In this document: piece after piece, positions 1 through 9,813 of the stretch
Numbering within the stretch: the stretch's first letter is position 1
How the letters are laid out: every line of letters starts with the position of its first letter
The notes under the pieces: model-generated
Database searches by the model: none
Told to the model about the DNA's origin: nothing
The model's input: the letters and a program-made list of their open reading frames with translations, nothing else
Virus record (IMG/VR): IMGVR_UViG_3300045988_168287
DNA length: 41,953 nucleotides
Direction: 5' to 3' (one strand)
Origin: a virus
Made by a program: the position numbers and the translations under genes

Positions 1-55
1 ATTTGGCAAAGTTGGGAAATTTATACATTTTCTCCCAATCCTGCCTCCGCAACTA
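1..55. repeat. Terminal direct repeat, copy 1 (55 nt, identical to 41899..41953)
   Basis: ATTTGGCAAAGTTGGGAAATTTATACATTTTCTCCCAATCCTGCCTCCGCAACTA is read at both window ends. It is either a circular-contig overlap or an att core. Confidence 0.95.
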
Positions 56-60
56 AAAAT

Positions 61-104
61 GGTCGAACTTCTCTTAAATAGAGGAGTTCGACCTTTAATC
101 TTTT
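61..104. terminator. Hairpin terminator, possibly bidirectional, between repressor and integrase
   Basis: GGTCGAACTTCTC (61..73) pairs with GAGGAGTTCGACC (81..93): 13 bp including one G-T, with a 7-nt loop. TTTAATCTTTT follows and an A-run precedes. Confidence 0.6.
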
Positions 105-187
105 AAAGGCGTTGCGGATAGTGGGACGGTATTCGGACGCTATATTATTAATAGCATTGGTTGTCTTCGGACAAACAATGTAAAAAA

Positions 188-1348
188 ATGTTTCCAACAC
201 CTAAAAAACTCTTATCGTCAAAAGATATAATAGGATATACTCTTCCAAGGTTGCATACTGGTAAGGATTGGTATGTAGATTTTTATGTTTATGATCCTAC
301 TATTGACGGACTCAAGCGAAAAAAGTATATGCTTAATAAATATGCTAAGAATGAGCGAAAGAAAATAGCATCAGTTCTCATCACTAACCTTACGCAATTG
401 CTTATATCTGGCTGGAATCCTTTTCTTAATTCAGATAAGTCAAGGGGTTATACTACCTGGGATGTCGTTATTAAACGTTATACCGATTATACCAAAATTG
501 CAGAGAAGAAAGGAATGCTCAAATCTAAGACTGCAGTCGACTATCGTAGTCGATTATCGGTATTGCTATCCTATATCGAGGAGGCAAAAATCTCAATAAA
601 GTACGTTTATCAGTTTGACAAAACTTTTGTCGTTGATTTTCTCGATTATATAGTCTTCGATAAGGAACGTTCACCTAAGACTCGTAACAATTACCGCACC
701 TGGTTATCTACATTTGCTACGTGGCTCGTAGATCGGCAGTATATTAAGGAAAATTGCGTTGAGAGCATATCAATGATGAAGGAGGGCGAAAAGTTTCGTG
801 ATGCCATTAAGATTGAAGACTTGCGAAAGCTCAAGGAGTACGCATTAGATAAATGCCCATGGTTCTATCTTGCCTGTATGATGGAATATTATACTTTCAT
901 TCGTCCTGAAGAGTTACGTCACATCAAAATTGGATATATATCAATTAAGTATCAGACAATTACTATACCTGCAGATGTATCAAAGAACAGGAAAGAGCAG
1001 GCGGTTGCTCTTAATGATACGATATTAAAGTTGATGATAGATCAAGGTATATTCAATAATCCTTCCTCTGATTATCTGTTTGGTAAAGATGTTAGACCAG
1101 GTAAAGAACAAATTGCTATTAATCGATTCAGACAAGAATGGGCACGAGTAAGGAAAGCGCTTGGCTTCCCTAACTCATACCAATTCTACAGTCTTAAGGA
1201 TTCTGGTATTCGAGATTTGGCTAATGCAGAAGGTATTGTTGTTGCACGAGACCAAGCACGCCATTCCGACATTTCTGTTACCAACAAATATCTCAAATCA
1301 GAAAAGGTTGCTCACGAAGAAACTAAGCATTTCCGAGGCGAACTATAA
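188..1348 (+). CDS. int: Tyrosine recombinase / phage integrase
   Basis: N-terminal Arm-type motif (GKDWYVDFYVYDP..GLKRKK). C-terminal box ARHSDISVTNKYL carries the His and the Tyr nucleophile. ATG at 188 is preferred to the in-frame TTG at 161 used by the ORF track. Confidence 0.9.
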   Translation: MFPTPKKLLSSKDIIGYTLPRLHTGKDWYVDFYVYDPTIDGLKRKKYMLNKYAKNERKKIASVLITNLTQLLISGWNPFLNSDKSRGYTTWDVVIKRYTDYTKIAEKKGMLKSKTAVDYRSRLSVLLSYIEEAKISIKYVYQFDKTFVVDFLDYIVFDKERSPKTRNNYRTWLSTFATWLVDRQYIKENCVESISMMKEGEKFRDAIKIEDLRKLKEYALDKCPWFYLACMMEYYTFIRPEELRHIKIGYISIKYQTITIPADVSKNRKEQAVALNDTILKLMIDQGIFNNPSSDYLFGKDVRPGKEQIAINRFRQEWARVRKALGFPNSYQFYSLKDSGIRDLANAEGIVVARDQARHSDISVTNKYLKSEKVAHEETKHFRGEL

Positions 1349-3280
1349 AACCTCGTAGAAATAGCCTTTTTTCATATTGCTAATTTTCCCTTGACGAATA
1401 TAGACCTCTATCTTTGCACATACATATTTTTTGTTACGAAGGAGATAGAGCTTAGAAGGGTCAGGAATATCCTCTGTTATCAAATCATAGGTTATCAGAT
1501 TATGCTTATCTATTTTAAGATTTCCAGTTGCTCCTAATATATTCGATAATGATAGAGACGCCTCTTCTGGCTCAGTATTGGACATTTCGTTCATACCAGG
1601 CGAAGTGTAAGTTTTAGGAATTCGTGCCTTAAGAGTTTCGTTCTCGAATAGTTTTTCATTGTAAGCAACACTCCTGTTTGAAGCAAGATTGTATACAGTT
1701 TGACTTTGAAACATAATAGGCATTGATACATCATCTTCAGTTGTGGTAGTTGTTTCTTCGCTTACTCCTTCCATAGCATCTTGAACGGCTGTGTAATAAT
1801 CTCCTTCGCCATCAACCTCCATACTGTCGAGCGATGCTTGTTTCTCATTTGGTACCGATGGAACATACACCCATTTATTCGGTTGTAAATCTCCGAACTT
1901 TCCTATAAAAGTTTTAGTCCAGAAATCTTTCTGTGCATTTTGTTTCCTTCGTTTAACTATTGCCACAGGGCTAATTTTTAGACTTACAAAGTCGTCACTT
2001 TCCATATCTCTTATAATAGGATTAAAGAAACCACATTGTGTTAGTTTTTCATGTACTTCTTCGCTATCAGGATCACTATACTTGCCAGGTACCATTGCAG
2101 ATATATAGTATTTGTTGTCAACTTGGAATATGTTCGTTCTTCGTTCACGTTGCTTCATGCCCTTATATGCAGCAAAAAGTTCCTCATAGGTATTATATTT
2201 CTTTGTTTCAAATTGTTTTTGTACTGACTGTGAGATATAATCTCTCCAATCATGATTCGCTGATGAATCGAAGTCGTATTCTATGTTAGAGGTAGACAAG
2301 TTCGATAAACCATCTTCATCGTACTCACAAGTATATTCATCAGAGCAGTCGTAGCTCACGATATCGTTTGTGCCAAGTTCATTGGTTGAGAGTATCTTGA
2401 CAGTCTTCGCAAGCTCATCAAAAACAATAGACGCATTGAATAGTTTTCTTATCTCCTCCAGAAAAGTATATACCTTCCAATGAGGTAGAGCGTCCTTAAT
2501 ATTAACCGTGTTCATTGCATTCGCGATGAGCAGGCGATTCCATGGTTCTACGTCGAAGTCGTTACGTGTAAGCTTATAGCCTTCATACTCCATAACCTTT
2601 TTAATGACATACATTAGAAAAGGTTGTACTGCAAGATTATACATAACAACTCTCTCTCCTTTAGGCCATAGATTACCATCAACCCTGAGGTTCTGCGAGA
2701 TAGCTGTCCATACGATATTGTTATTTAATGTGTTCTCATTATGCTCATCATTAATAGGGTTAAAAGCAGCAACGCCTGGTTGGCCAACAAAGTTGTAATC
2801 AGTGAAGTCAATCATCAATGGCTCGCCAGCACGATATAGAGGCCAGGTGCCATTAAAGTTAATTCTTGGTATACTCGCATAGCCCTCTCTATCTAGACCT
2901 TTGGTTACGACAACTCTTGGATAGTCAATTTCATCAATATAATGTGATTCAAACTTAGCATTGTATTTAATGCGAGACTTACCACCAACGAGCTGTAGCT
3001 TCACAGCCTCGTTGGTGATGCTTGTTACAGTAGCTTTGCCACTCATAACAAGAATATTGTCAACATATAGCTTACAATCTTCGTAGTCTGGCAATGTCTT
3101 CTTAACGTCCATGCGCTGCACATTACCAAACAATACTTGATTCTCGTGTATTGACATTGGGAATGAAATGTCATAGGTGTACGAGCCTGAATCTCTGATA
3201 TATTGATTCTCGAATGTAACCTTAATCTCTTCAGATGATGATGGCACACCTACTTTGCCATCGATTGTACATACTATCAT
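1343..3280 (-). CDS. Tail/baseplate-associated structural protein immediately downstream of the tape measure gene (Dit/Tal position)
   Basis: Long ORF. ATG at 3280 (MIVCTIDGK) lies 1 nt after the TMP TAG stop (3282..3284), so the track's upstream extension to 3367 is unlikely. Function is inferred from position only. Confidence 0.45.
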   Translation of the reverse strand: MIVCTIDGKVGVPSSSEEIKVTFENQYIRDSGSYTYDISFPMSIHENQVLFGNVQRMDVKKTLPDYEDCKLYVDNILVMSGKATVTSITNEAVKLQLVGGKSRIKYNAKFESHYIDEIDYPRVVVTKGLDREGYASIPRINFNGTWPLYRAGEPLMIDFTDYNFVGQPGVAAFNPINDEHNENTLNNNIVWTAISQNLRVDGNLWPKGERVVMYNLAVQPFLMYVIKKVMEYEGYKLTRNDFDVEPWNRLLIANAMNTVNIKDALPHWKVYTFLEEIRKLFNASIVFDELAKTVKILSTNELGTNDIVSYDCSDEYTCEYDEDGLSNLSTSNIEYDFDSSANHDWRDYISQSVQKQFETKKYNTYEELFAAYKGMKQRERRTNIFQVDNKYYISAMVPGKYSDPDSEEVHEKLTQCGFFNPIIRDMESDDFVSLKISPVAIVKRRKQNAQKDFWTKTFIGKFGDLQPNKWVYVPSVPNEKQASLDSMEVDGEGDYYTAVQDAMEGVSEETTTTTEDDVSMPIMFQSQTVYNLASNRSVAYNEKLFENETLKARIPKTYTSPGMNEMSNTEPEEASLSLSNILGATGNLKIDKHNLITYDLITEDIPDPSKLYLLRNKKYVCAKIEVYIRQGKISNMKKGYFYEVL

Positions 3281-3281
3281 A

Positions 3282-6200
3282 CTATTTATTGCTTTGTAAA
3301 CGTTGATAATGTTTCCATTCTCTATCCAGTTCTGCCATCGACAACTTTGCATGAACACCTGCAGCAAGCAAATCTCTCAAGTTATCGATAACTATGTTTG
3401 TATCATCGATAGTGTTCTTTAAGTCCTCGTTATCTGTCTGTACAGTAACCGAAGGAGCTGATACCACCGTCGCTCCACCTTGACCTATTGAGCGAGAAAT
3501 ATCAGCTGCAGTAAGTGTGCTAACTGTATTATTGCGCTGCGCCTGGTCTATAAGTTGTAGAGCAGGAAGGATAGAAGGATTGTTGACTGCATTATGGTTA
3601 GCAACAAATTCGCCTTCGTGCACAACTCCAGCTTCTCTTCTGTAGCGTTTACCAGACGTAAAACCACCCTCATAGTAGCCAGTCTCTTGAGCCTGCTGTT
3701 GCTTTTTGATAGTAGCTATCTGTATAGCACCTGCAGCTGCAGCAATACCTGCTGCTACTGGCGCAAGTGTTAAGTTGGCAGGAAATGGCACGCCCTTCAT
3801 GGCAGAACTATATGCTGCGATAGCTGATAGCGCAGTTTGAGCAATAGCTTGAGCAATTTGCATTGCTACCTGTTTACGAGCATATTTACTCTTAATCTTC
3901 GCAACTTCCTTCTCTTTCTTCTCTTCGAGCTTCTTTGTCTTGGCAGTATTGTTACCAGCTGCATTTATGAGTTTCTCATACTTTTTCTCGGTTACGGTAA
4001 CCTCGTAGTCAGATTGAGCAGCATAATACGACGACATTCCACTAAGCAGAGGAGAGACAGTATCCATTGCAGCCTGCATCTTAGTAACAAGATTATTACA
4101 CATATTTGCAGTCGCTTCCGACATGGCAGCCATAGCCTCTTGATGACTGATAACACCCTCTGTTTCCATACTCTTAATGTTATCAAGAGTAGACTTGTAT
4201 ATGTCAATATCAGAGGTTAGCAAGTTACCAACATTGAGACCATTAGGATGCTTGTCGCTATAATCTGCCTGTGCATTATTTGAAGCAGTGTTATATGCAG
4301 ATTGAACATTCTGCTTAAATTGCTCCCCTGCAGAGTTCTTAAGATTTTCAGAAGATTCAAGTTCTGCATAGTGAAGTCGAATCTTCTTTTTCATCTCTTC
4401 ATACTCTTCTTCCTTCAATAGCTTTTTAGAATGCAATGAATCAAGACCTTTGAGAGCAATATCTTCTTGCTCCTTAATGTCTTTACGCCCCCACTCTGCA
4501 CGATATTGAGCCAGGAGATCGTTATATCGTTGTTCTCGTGTCAGTTCTTGCTCTTTCTGTCGTTGCTTAATTTCTGTATCAATGTCGAGCCACTCCTGCG
4601 AATCCTTCTTGTATAGGCTTTGACGAGATTTGAGCATATTAATATCATTCTGATACATAGCTTCATTTAGCGCATCTTCATTATGATATAGCTCTTCTTT
4701 TAGCGCATTTTCACCTTTAAACAACTCCTCTTGAGCACCTTTTTTCTCGTATGCCATTTGTAAGTCTATAGCTATATTGGCATGTTTGCGCTGTATTTCT
4801 TCGTTATCCATCTTAAGCCGATCTTGCTGATATTGCTTTTCGAGCTCAGTCTTCTTCTTGAGTAATGCCTGTGCCTCGTCAGAGTCTTTGCCGTAGAGCT
4901 CTATTTGAGCATCTATACCCTTACTCTTGATTTCATACTGCTGCTGCATGAAGTCACGGTATGCGAGATTCTCATCTGTATAGCGACGGTAATTTTCTAC
5001 AAGTTCTGCATCTGTGATAGCTTGTTGAGCCTTGATGGCAGCCTGTAAGTCTTTTTTTGCCTGTGCTTCCTTACGTTTACGCTCAGCCTCTGCTTTTCGT
5101 GTAGCAATAGCAGCTTTACGTTCTTCTTGCTCTCGCTTCTTTCTCTCAGCTTCCGATTCGTACTCTTCGCTATTGTTAGAAGTAGATTGGTCTCCCTGGC
5201 TTCCAAGATCTTTGTTTGCCTTTCGAACATTCTTTAAATTCTCGGCTTCCTGCTTCTGTACCTCTCTATATTTTTCAAGATATACATTTTGCATCCTTGA
5301 CAAGTCATTTAGTTCGGCTTGATGGTTTCTGTTATATTGTTGTGCAATATTAAGACCATAACCTTCACGTTCAATATATGTTTCTTCATTCCAGCCTTCT
5401 TTGAAACCTTTTAACCCTCTATTGAATTGCCAATTGCCAACGCCTTGTGATACCGCATTGTATCCTTTCTCCGCATAGTGAGCAATGTTATTGGCTAAAG
5501 CTTGAAATTGAGAAGTGAATGTATGCGACATTTTTCCCCACCAATCATTAAGGTATTCTTCGTTCACATTCTGCTTTTCTCTTTCAAGTTCTTCTACCTT
5601 GGATAGGTATACGCGAGCTTTAGCTTGTGCCAGTATAGAATCCGTAAGGTTATCAACAGCCTTACGAGCATTATTTGAGTATATATTCTCGAGATTAAGA
5701 TTATCGAGATATCCAGGATATTTCTCTTGCAGCTTTTTGATAGCTTCTTTTCTAACTTCGTCAGAAGATGATTTGTCCTGTGCCAATTTCACAAGTGATG
5801 ACAATTCTGCTACTTCTGAGCGGCAGTCTGCTGCAGCTTCTTCATTAGCTTCATTCAATTCTCTTTGCGCCTTTGTCGCCTTATCAGCTTTCGACGTAAA
5901 AGCAACAAGAGTTGCTGTTACTGCTACCATTGTAGCCAAAATTGCAGAATACGGATTGGCAAGTATAGCCTTATTCCATAGCTGCTGAGCAGCTGTAGCT
6001 AGAGTTATCTGTCTAGTACCAACTTTTACGGCTATATTATATGCTTCTTGAGCTGATGCTGCAAACGCTGTACGTACAGCTTTTAGTTTATCTGCTGCAG
6101 CACTCGCCATCTTGGCTGCTGTTGCAGCTTTCTCAGCAATAGCTTCTGCCTTGACAACCAAAGTGTAGGCAACGATACCAGATGCAAGCACTACTATAAC

Positions 6201-8183
6201 CCTCCAATATTTCAGAGTGAATGATGTCGCAACTGACAGCAACTTGATGGCGATTCCTCCAGTACTGATGCTGTATTTAACTACAGGCAGCAACTTCTCG
6301 CCTAATTCGATAGCCAATTCATGGAAACGATTCTTAGCTTTTTCAATATCACCTTGTATAGTCGTGTTCTGAACGTCGAACTCTTCAATAACAGATGTTG
6401 CTTCTTTATATGCGTTTGTGGCAATCTCTTGCCGAGAGCGTACATCATCTATCTTATCAGCCATAGTAGAGAGGACCGCGACAGCACGTGTGCCATCAAG
6501 TCCCATATCACCAAACATCTTGCCGAGTTGGTCGAAGCCTCCCTTAGACTTCAGATTATCCATGAGAGTTAATACTGCAGTATTTATATCTGTCTTGACG
6601 AGATTAGAGAATGTTTTGAGGTCAACGCCTGCCATCTTAGCGAATGTCTTAGTGTCGGTCGACATCTTAGTAAGAAGCTGAGAGAAAGCCGTCGAAGCCA
6701 TTTCATCTTTCTGCATATTCTCGTCCATCACAGCACCAAAGCCCATTATTTGAGCTTGTGTCAAACCAACCTGTTTACCCACACCTGCCACACGAGCGGT
6801 AAACTCTACTAAATATCCAGCAGATGCAGATGAGTTCTGAGCAAGCTCATTAATGGCAGAGCCTGTAGCGAGCATAGCACCACGCAAACCAAGCCTGTCA
6901 TCTTCACCGAAAGCCATAGCTAATTTACCTACCTTATCGATGGCATCATCTCCAAGGTCATCACCAAGAGCTACGCTAATCTTATCGGCAGCATCGACAA
7001 ACTCCTCAATAGAATCTTTTGAAGTAATGCCCAGGCGACCTGCAGACTCAGCAAGCTCATTAAGGTGTTTACGTGGTGTGCGTGTATCAATCTTCTTGAA
7101 GTCCTCGTTCATCTCCATCACCTCTTCCATTGACTGACCTGTATACTTTCGTACATTGTTCATCTCCTGGTCCATCTCTGTATAGGCATCCACGCATTGA
7201 CGCACATTGGCTGACAAACCAGAGAACGCTGCAATAGTCTGAGTTATTGCACCCCAGTTCTTATTGAGAAAGTTGGCTGTTTTACCGAAGAGGGATTCTG
7301 ACTTCTCTTGTTCTCCATTAATAGCAGCTATCTGTGCTTTCAATTTCTTGGCATGGTCCGTCAGATCTTCGAATGCTGCAGTACCTTGCTTCTGATCAGC
7401 GAGTCGTTCGTTTACAATCTTGAGAGAATATTGAAGGTCACGTAGCGACGCGCCACTTATATTCTTGAGAGTTGCATCTATCAGATTATTCTCTCTGACA
7501 AGGTCCGTTACGGATCTTGTAGCAGCTTTTATCTCTTCGTCATATTTGTCGATGGTTAGGTTTGCCTCTTTCTGCGAGGTATTAAGTTGCTGAATACGAT
7601 TTTTAATCTTAGACAGGTTTTCAGCAGTCTCGTGATAAGCGGTATCATCTGGTTTGATATCTCCAAGCTTTTGCTGCAGCAATGTAGCTGCAGCTGTCAG
7701 TTCATTAAGAGAAGCGCCATCAATGTTACCTAAAACATTCTTGAGATTATCAGCAGCTTGATCGAGCGCTTGCAGTTCTTTCTTAGACTGTATAGACGAA
7801 GCCTTTAATTCATCCATGCGGTCTTTGCAGCGTTGTAGGATTTTATTGAGCTCATTATATTCGTCAGGCTTTGTTACCTGCTTCATAGCACGACGCACTT
7901 CACGAGCAGCTTTCTCAATATCTCCAAGCGATGAAGTTCCGAGATTATTGATTACGTCTATAGTTTTTGATACATTGCTACCATAAGCTTTGATACTCGC
8001 CTCTGCTGCTTTTATTTCCTTATCAAACTTATTGATATCTTTAACTAAAGTTTCAGGATTACGAAGAGCATCCGTCTTCTTCTTCTTCAATGCTTCAAGA
8101 CGCTTTTCAAGATCTGCTATATCGTCTTTAGCCTCTTGAGCATTGAGACTTATGATGGTTCGAAAAGTCTGAGTTTTTTCCAT
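3282..8183 (-). CDS. Tail tape measure protein (1633 aa)
   Basis: The central segment (NNVRKYTGQS..GRLGITSKD..AMAFGED..ATGSAINELAQNS..) looks like the TP901-type TMP core as I recall it. It also has mid-protein hydrophobic helices, a very long Lys/Glu coiled coil, and C-terminal GYYEGGFT..GVVHEGEFV. Confidence 0.85.
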   Translation of the reverse strand: MEKTQTFRTIISLNAQEAKDDIADLEKRLEALKKKKTDALRNPETLVKDINKFDKEIKAAEASIKAYGSNVSKTIDVINNLGTSSLGDIEKAAREVRRAMKQVTKPDEYNELNKILQRCKDRMDELKASSIQSKKELQALDQAADNLKNVLGNIDGASLNELTAAATLLQQKLGDIKPDDTAYHETAENLSKIKNRIQQLNTSQKEANLTIDKYDEEIKAATRSVTDLVRENNLIDATLKNISGASLRDLQYSLKIVNERLADQKQGTAAFEDLTDHAKKLKAQIAAINGEQEKSESLFGKTANFLNKNWGAITQTIAAFSGLSANVRQCVDAYTEMDQEMNNVRKYTGQSMEEVMEMNEDFKKIDTRTPRKHLNELAESAGRLGITSKDSIEEFVDAADKISVALGDDLGDDAIDKVGKLAMAFGEDDRLGLRGAMLATGSAINELAQNSSASAGYLVEFTARVAGVGKQVGLTQAQIMGFGAVMDENMQKDEMASTAFSQLLTKMSTDTKTFAKMAGVDLKTFSNLVKTDINTAVLTLMDNLKSKGGFDQLGKMFGDMGLDGTRAVAVLSTMADKIDDVRSRQEIATNAYKEATSVIEEFDVQNTTIQGDIEKAKNRFHELAIELGEKLLPVVKYSISTGGIAIKLLSVATSFTLKYWRVIVVLASGIVAYTLVVKAEAIAEKAATAAKMASAAADKLKAVRTAFAASAQEAYNIAVKVGTRQITLATAAQQLWNKAILANPYSAILATMVAVTATLVAFTSKADKATKAQRELNEANEEAAADCRSEVAELSSLVKLAQDKSSSDEVRKEAIKKLQEKYPGYLDNLNLENIYSNNARKAVDNLTDSILAQAKARVYLSKVEELEREKQNVNEEYLNDWWGKMSHTFTSQFQALANNIAHYAEKGYNAVSQGVGNWQFNRGLKGFKEGWNEETYIEREGYGLNIAQQYNRNHQAELNDLSRMQNVYLEKYREVQKQEAENLKNVRKANKDLGSQGDQSTSNNSEEYESEAERKKREQEERKAAIATRKAEAERKRKEAQAKKDLQAAIKAQQAITDAELVENYRRYTDENLAYRDFMQQQYEIKSKGIDAQIELYGKDSDEAQALLKKKTELEKQYQQDRLKMDNEEIQRKHANIAIDLQMAYEKKGAQEELFKGENALKEELYHNEDALNEAMYQNDINMLKSRQSLYKKDSQEWLDIDTEIKQRQKEQELTREQRYNDLLAQYRAEWGRKDIKEQEDIALKGLDSLHSKKLLKEEEYEEMKKKIRLHYAELESSENLKNSAGEQFKQNVQSAYNTASNNAQADYSDKHPNGLNVGNLLTSDIDIYKSTLDNIKSMETEGVISHQEAMAAMSEATANMCNNLVTKMQAAMDTVSPLLSGMSSYYAAQSDYEVTVTEKKYEKLINAAGNNTAKTKKLEEKKEKEVAKIKSKYARKQVAMQIAQAIAQTALSAIAAYSSAMKGVPFPANLTLAPVAAGIAAAAGAIQIATIKKQQQAQETGYYEGGFTSGKRYRREAGVVHEGEFVANHNAVNNPSILPALQLIDQAQRNNTVSTLTAADISRSIGQGGATVVSAPSVTVQTDNEDLKNTIDDTNIVIDNLRDLLAAGVHAKLSMAELDREWKHYQRLQSNK

Positions 8184-8185
8184 AT

Positions 8186-8224
8186 AAAAAGTGCTATATT
8201 TGGTTTATGAGCCAAATGTAGCAC
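8186..8224 (-). terminator. Hairpin plus T5 run directly abutting the TMP start codon
   Basis: 8191..8203 pairs with 8212..8224: 13 positions, one of which is a mismatch on the - strand RNA, with an 8-nt loop. On the - strand it is followed by TTTTT and then, after 2 nt, by the ATG (8183..8181). The stem also contains a TACATTTG -7-like box (8213..8220). Confidence 0.45.
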
Positions 8225-8251
8225 TTATTATATGTGGGGGAAAATACAAAA

Positions 8252-8725
8252 TTATGCTGATTCTTTTATATAATTTACATAATCTTCTTCCATCGAAAAG
8301 AATAAATCAAAATAATGATTGTATTGTTCTTTGCCAGCATAATATTCTGGAGATTTTTCTATAGCTTTTATTCTAATTTCACGTCCTTCGCACATTTTCA
8401 GTCTTACACTCTCGCGCTCCTCTAAATATGCTTTTTCAAAGTCTTCGCGAACTTTTTTCAATTCTTCAGAGCCTGGAGCAAGAGTTTTCTCGTATTCAAT
8501 TTGTCGCTTGCATCTTTGAGCGAAGGAGTTGTCATCCTCAGGTTTCTTGCTTTCTTCTTTAGCTATTTCAACCTTAGGCTCGCTCTTAACGTATGGCTGT
8601 GGCTTTTCTTTAGGCACACCATAGGTATTCGCTATCTTGTTTACCTTTTCACCTACAGTTTGTAAGCCTTGAAACAAGATAAGCATTACGAAGAACACCG
8701 CTGACAAAAGAAAGTAAGTATCCAT
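8252..8725 (-). CDS. Hypothetical protein with N-terminal transmembrane helix
   Basis: 157-aa ORF. Hydrophobic N-terminus (YFLLSAVFFVMLILF) followed by a charged Lys/Glu-rich body. It is the last gene of the lysis-region block. Confidence 0.55.
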   Translation of the reverse strand: MDTYFLLSAVFFVMLILFQGLQTVGEKVNKIANTYGVPKEKPQPYVKSEPKVEIAKEESKKPEDDNSFAQRCKRQIEYEKTLAPGSEELKKVREDFEKAYLEERESVRLKMCEGREIRIKAIEKSPEYYAGKEQYNHYFDLFFSMEEDYVNYIKESA

Positions 8726-8797
8726 ATTCTTGATGTTTTAATTATTATATCGCAAATATAAACCTTTTTCTTTATATTGCCAAGTTTTCTTGCTTTT

Positions 8798-9379
8798 TTA
8801 TTCCACTTTCACGTACTTCAGATATTTAATTGTAGCACGAGGGTTAAAATTCACGAGCTTCACATTATACCCTTTCGTTCCCCAACGCCAGAAGAGAAAT
8901 CTATGTTTATAGTCACGCACAACGAACATGGCTATAGAGTCGCGCATATTATATTGTAGAATAGAATCCGAGAGTGATAAGTGTATGTCTGTCCAATGAT
9001 CGTGATATATATAGTCATTATCTGCAGGTGCTGCTCTCAGCTTTATGCTGTCTCGTGTCGATATCTCCGTCTGAAGCAGTGAGGTTATTGCTGCAGGTTT
9101 TACATTTAAGTCTTTTAGCAGAGCTTTATCTGTAATCTTCTTGTATTCCTCTTTCGTTACTACAAGAGCAGGTAATGATGCTACAGGTATCGTATCACGA
9201 ATGGTATCATGGACAATACTCGGATAGGTATTCCATGAGTTCAATATCTCTATCTGAGATTGCAAATGTTCAATCTTCCTTCTGTATTGCTCTCTCTTAA
9301 CGAGCAAGGTCATAATGAAGATTATTACGACTGCAATAGCTATCAGTATTGCAGGTATAAGAAAATCTTTCTTTTTCAT
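8798..9379 (-). CDS. Membrane-anchored protein in lysis cassette (spanin-like position, function unproven)
   Basis: 193 aa. N-terminal signal-anchor (LIPAILIAIAVVIIFIMTLLV). ATGA start/stop overlap with the endolysin gene at 9376..9379. Confidence 0.55.
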   Translation of the reverse strand: MKKKDFLIPAILIAIAVVIIFIMTLLVKREQYRRKIEHLQSQIEILNSWNTYPSIVHDTIRDTIPVASLPALVVTKEEYKKITDKALLKDLNVKPAAITSLLQTEISTRDSIKLRAAPADNDYIYHDHWTDIHLSLSDSILQYNMRDSIAMFVVRDYKHRFLFWRWGTKGYNVKLVNFNPRATIKYLKYVKVE

Positions 9380-9801
9380 TTTATATGGATTATGTTGTTA
9401 ACATGCTTACCTGGTATAGAGATATGTACCCACGAGTAGTTATACTCATCGATACATTGTCCTACGCTGATTTTGCCTTGACGAATAAGAGATACTGCAG
9501 TCTCAAATAAAGCCTTATTGTCTTCTTTTGTGCTACCCATGGCGTGGATATCTGCAGCTTGTCCTAATAGATGTTGCGAAGTTCGTGAACCACCAACTGC
9601 TTTATTGAGCTCCTGACAGCGATATCCTGAACTTACGATGATTGGTTTGCCGAATGCCGTGCGCAATGGTTCCAAAACATTCTCTGCCAGTAGCTTCAAG
9701 TTGGCAAGGTCTGACTTAGATGGAGTGTTATCAATAGCTCTGTTGCGAGCTGTTACCGAGCGAGTGAGCTCCTCGAGAGTAAAGTGCTGTGATAATAGCA
9801 T
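9376..9801 (-). CDS. Endolysin, peptidase M15-type zinc metallopeptidase
   Basis: SGYRCQELNKAVGGSRTSQHLLGQAADI followed by WVHIS matches the M15 (VanY-like, H-x6-D..H) signature. The gene is adjacent to the holin. Confidence 0.85.
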   Translation of the reverse strand: MLLSQHFTLEELTRSVTARNRAIDNTPSKSDLANLKLLAENVLEPLRTAFGKPIIVSSGYRCQELNKAVGGSRTSQHLLGQAADIHAMGSTKEDNKALFETAVSLIRQGKISVGQCIDEYNYSWVHISIPGKHVNNIIHIK

Positions 9802-9813
9802 GATGTATTATGT

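Noticed and set aside
3837-7137. Numerous 70-160-aa + strand ORFs antisense to the tape measure gene, and similar ORFs antisense to the fibre, portal, terL and capsid genes
   Set aside because: These are shadow ORFs of long low-complexity genes. They have Ser/Leu/Cys-rich compositions and no promoters or independent start contexts.
8195-8202. + strand TATATTTG promoter-like box
   Set aside because: There is no + strand gene downstream. It is the complementary arm of the hairpin at 8191..8224, and such boxes arise by chance in AT-rich spacers.
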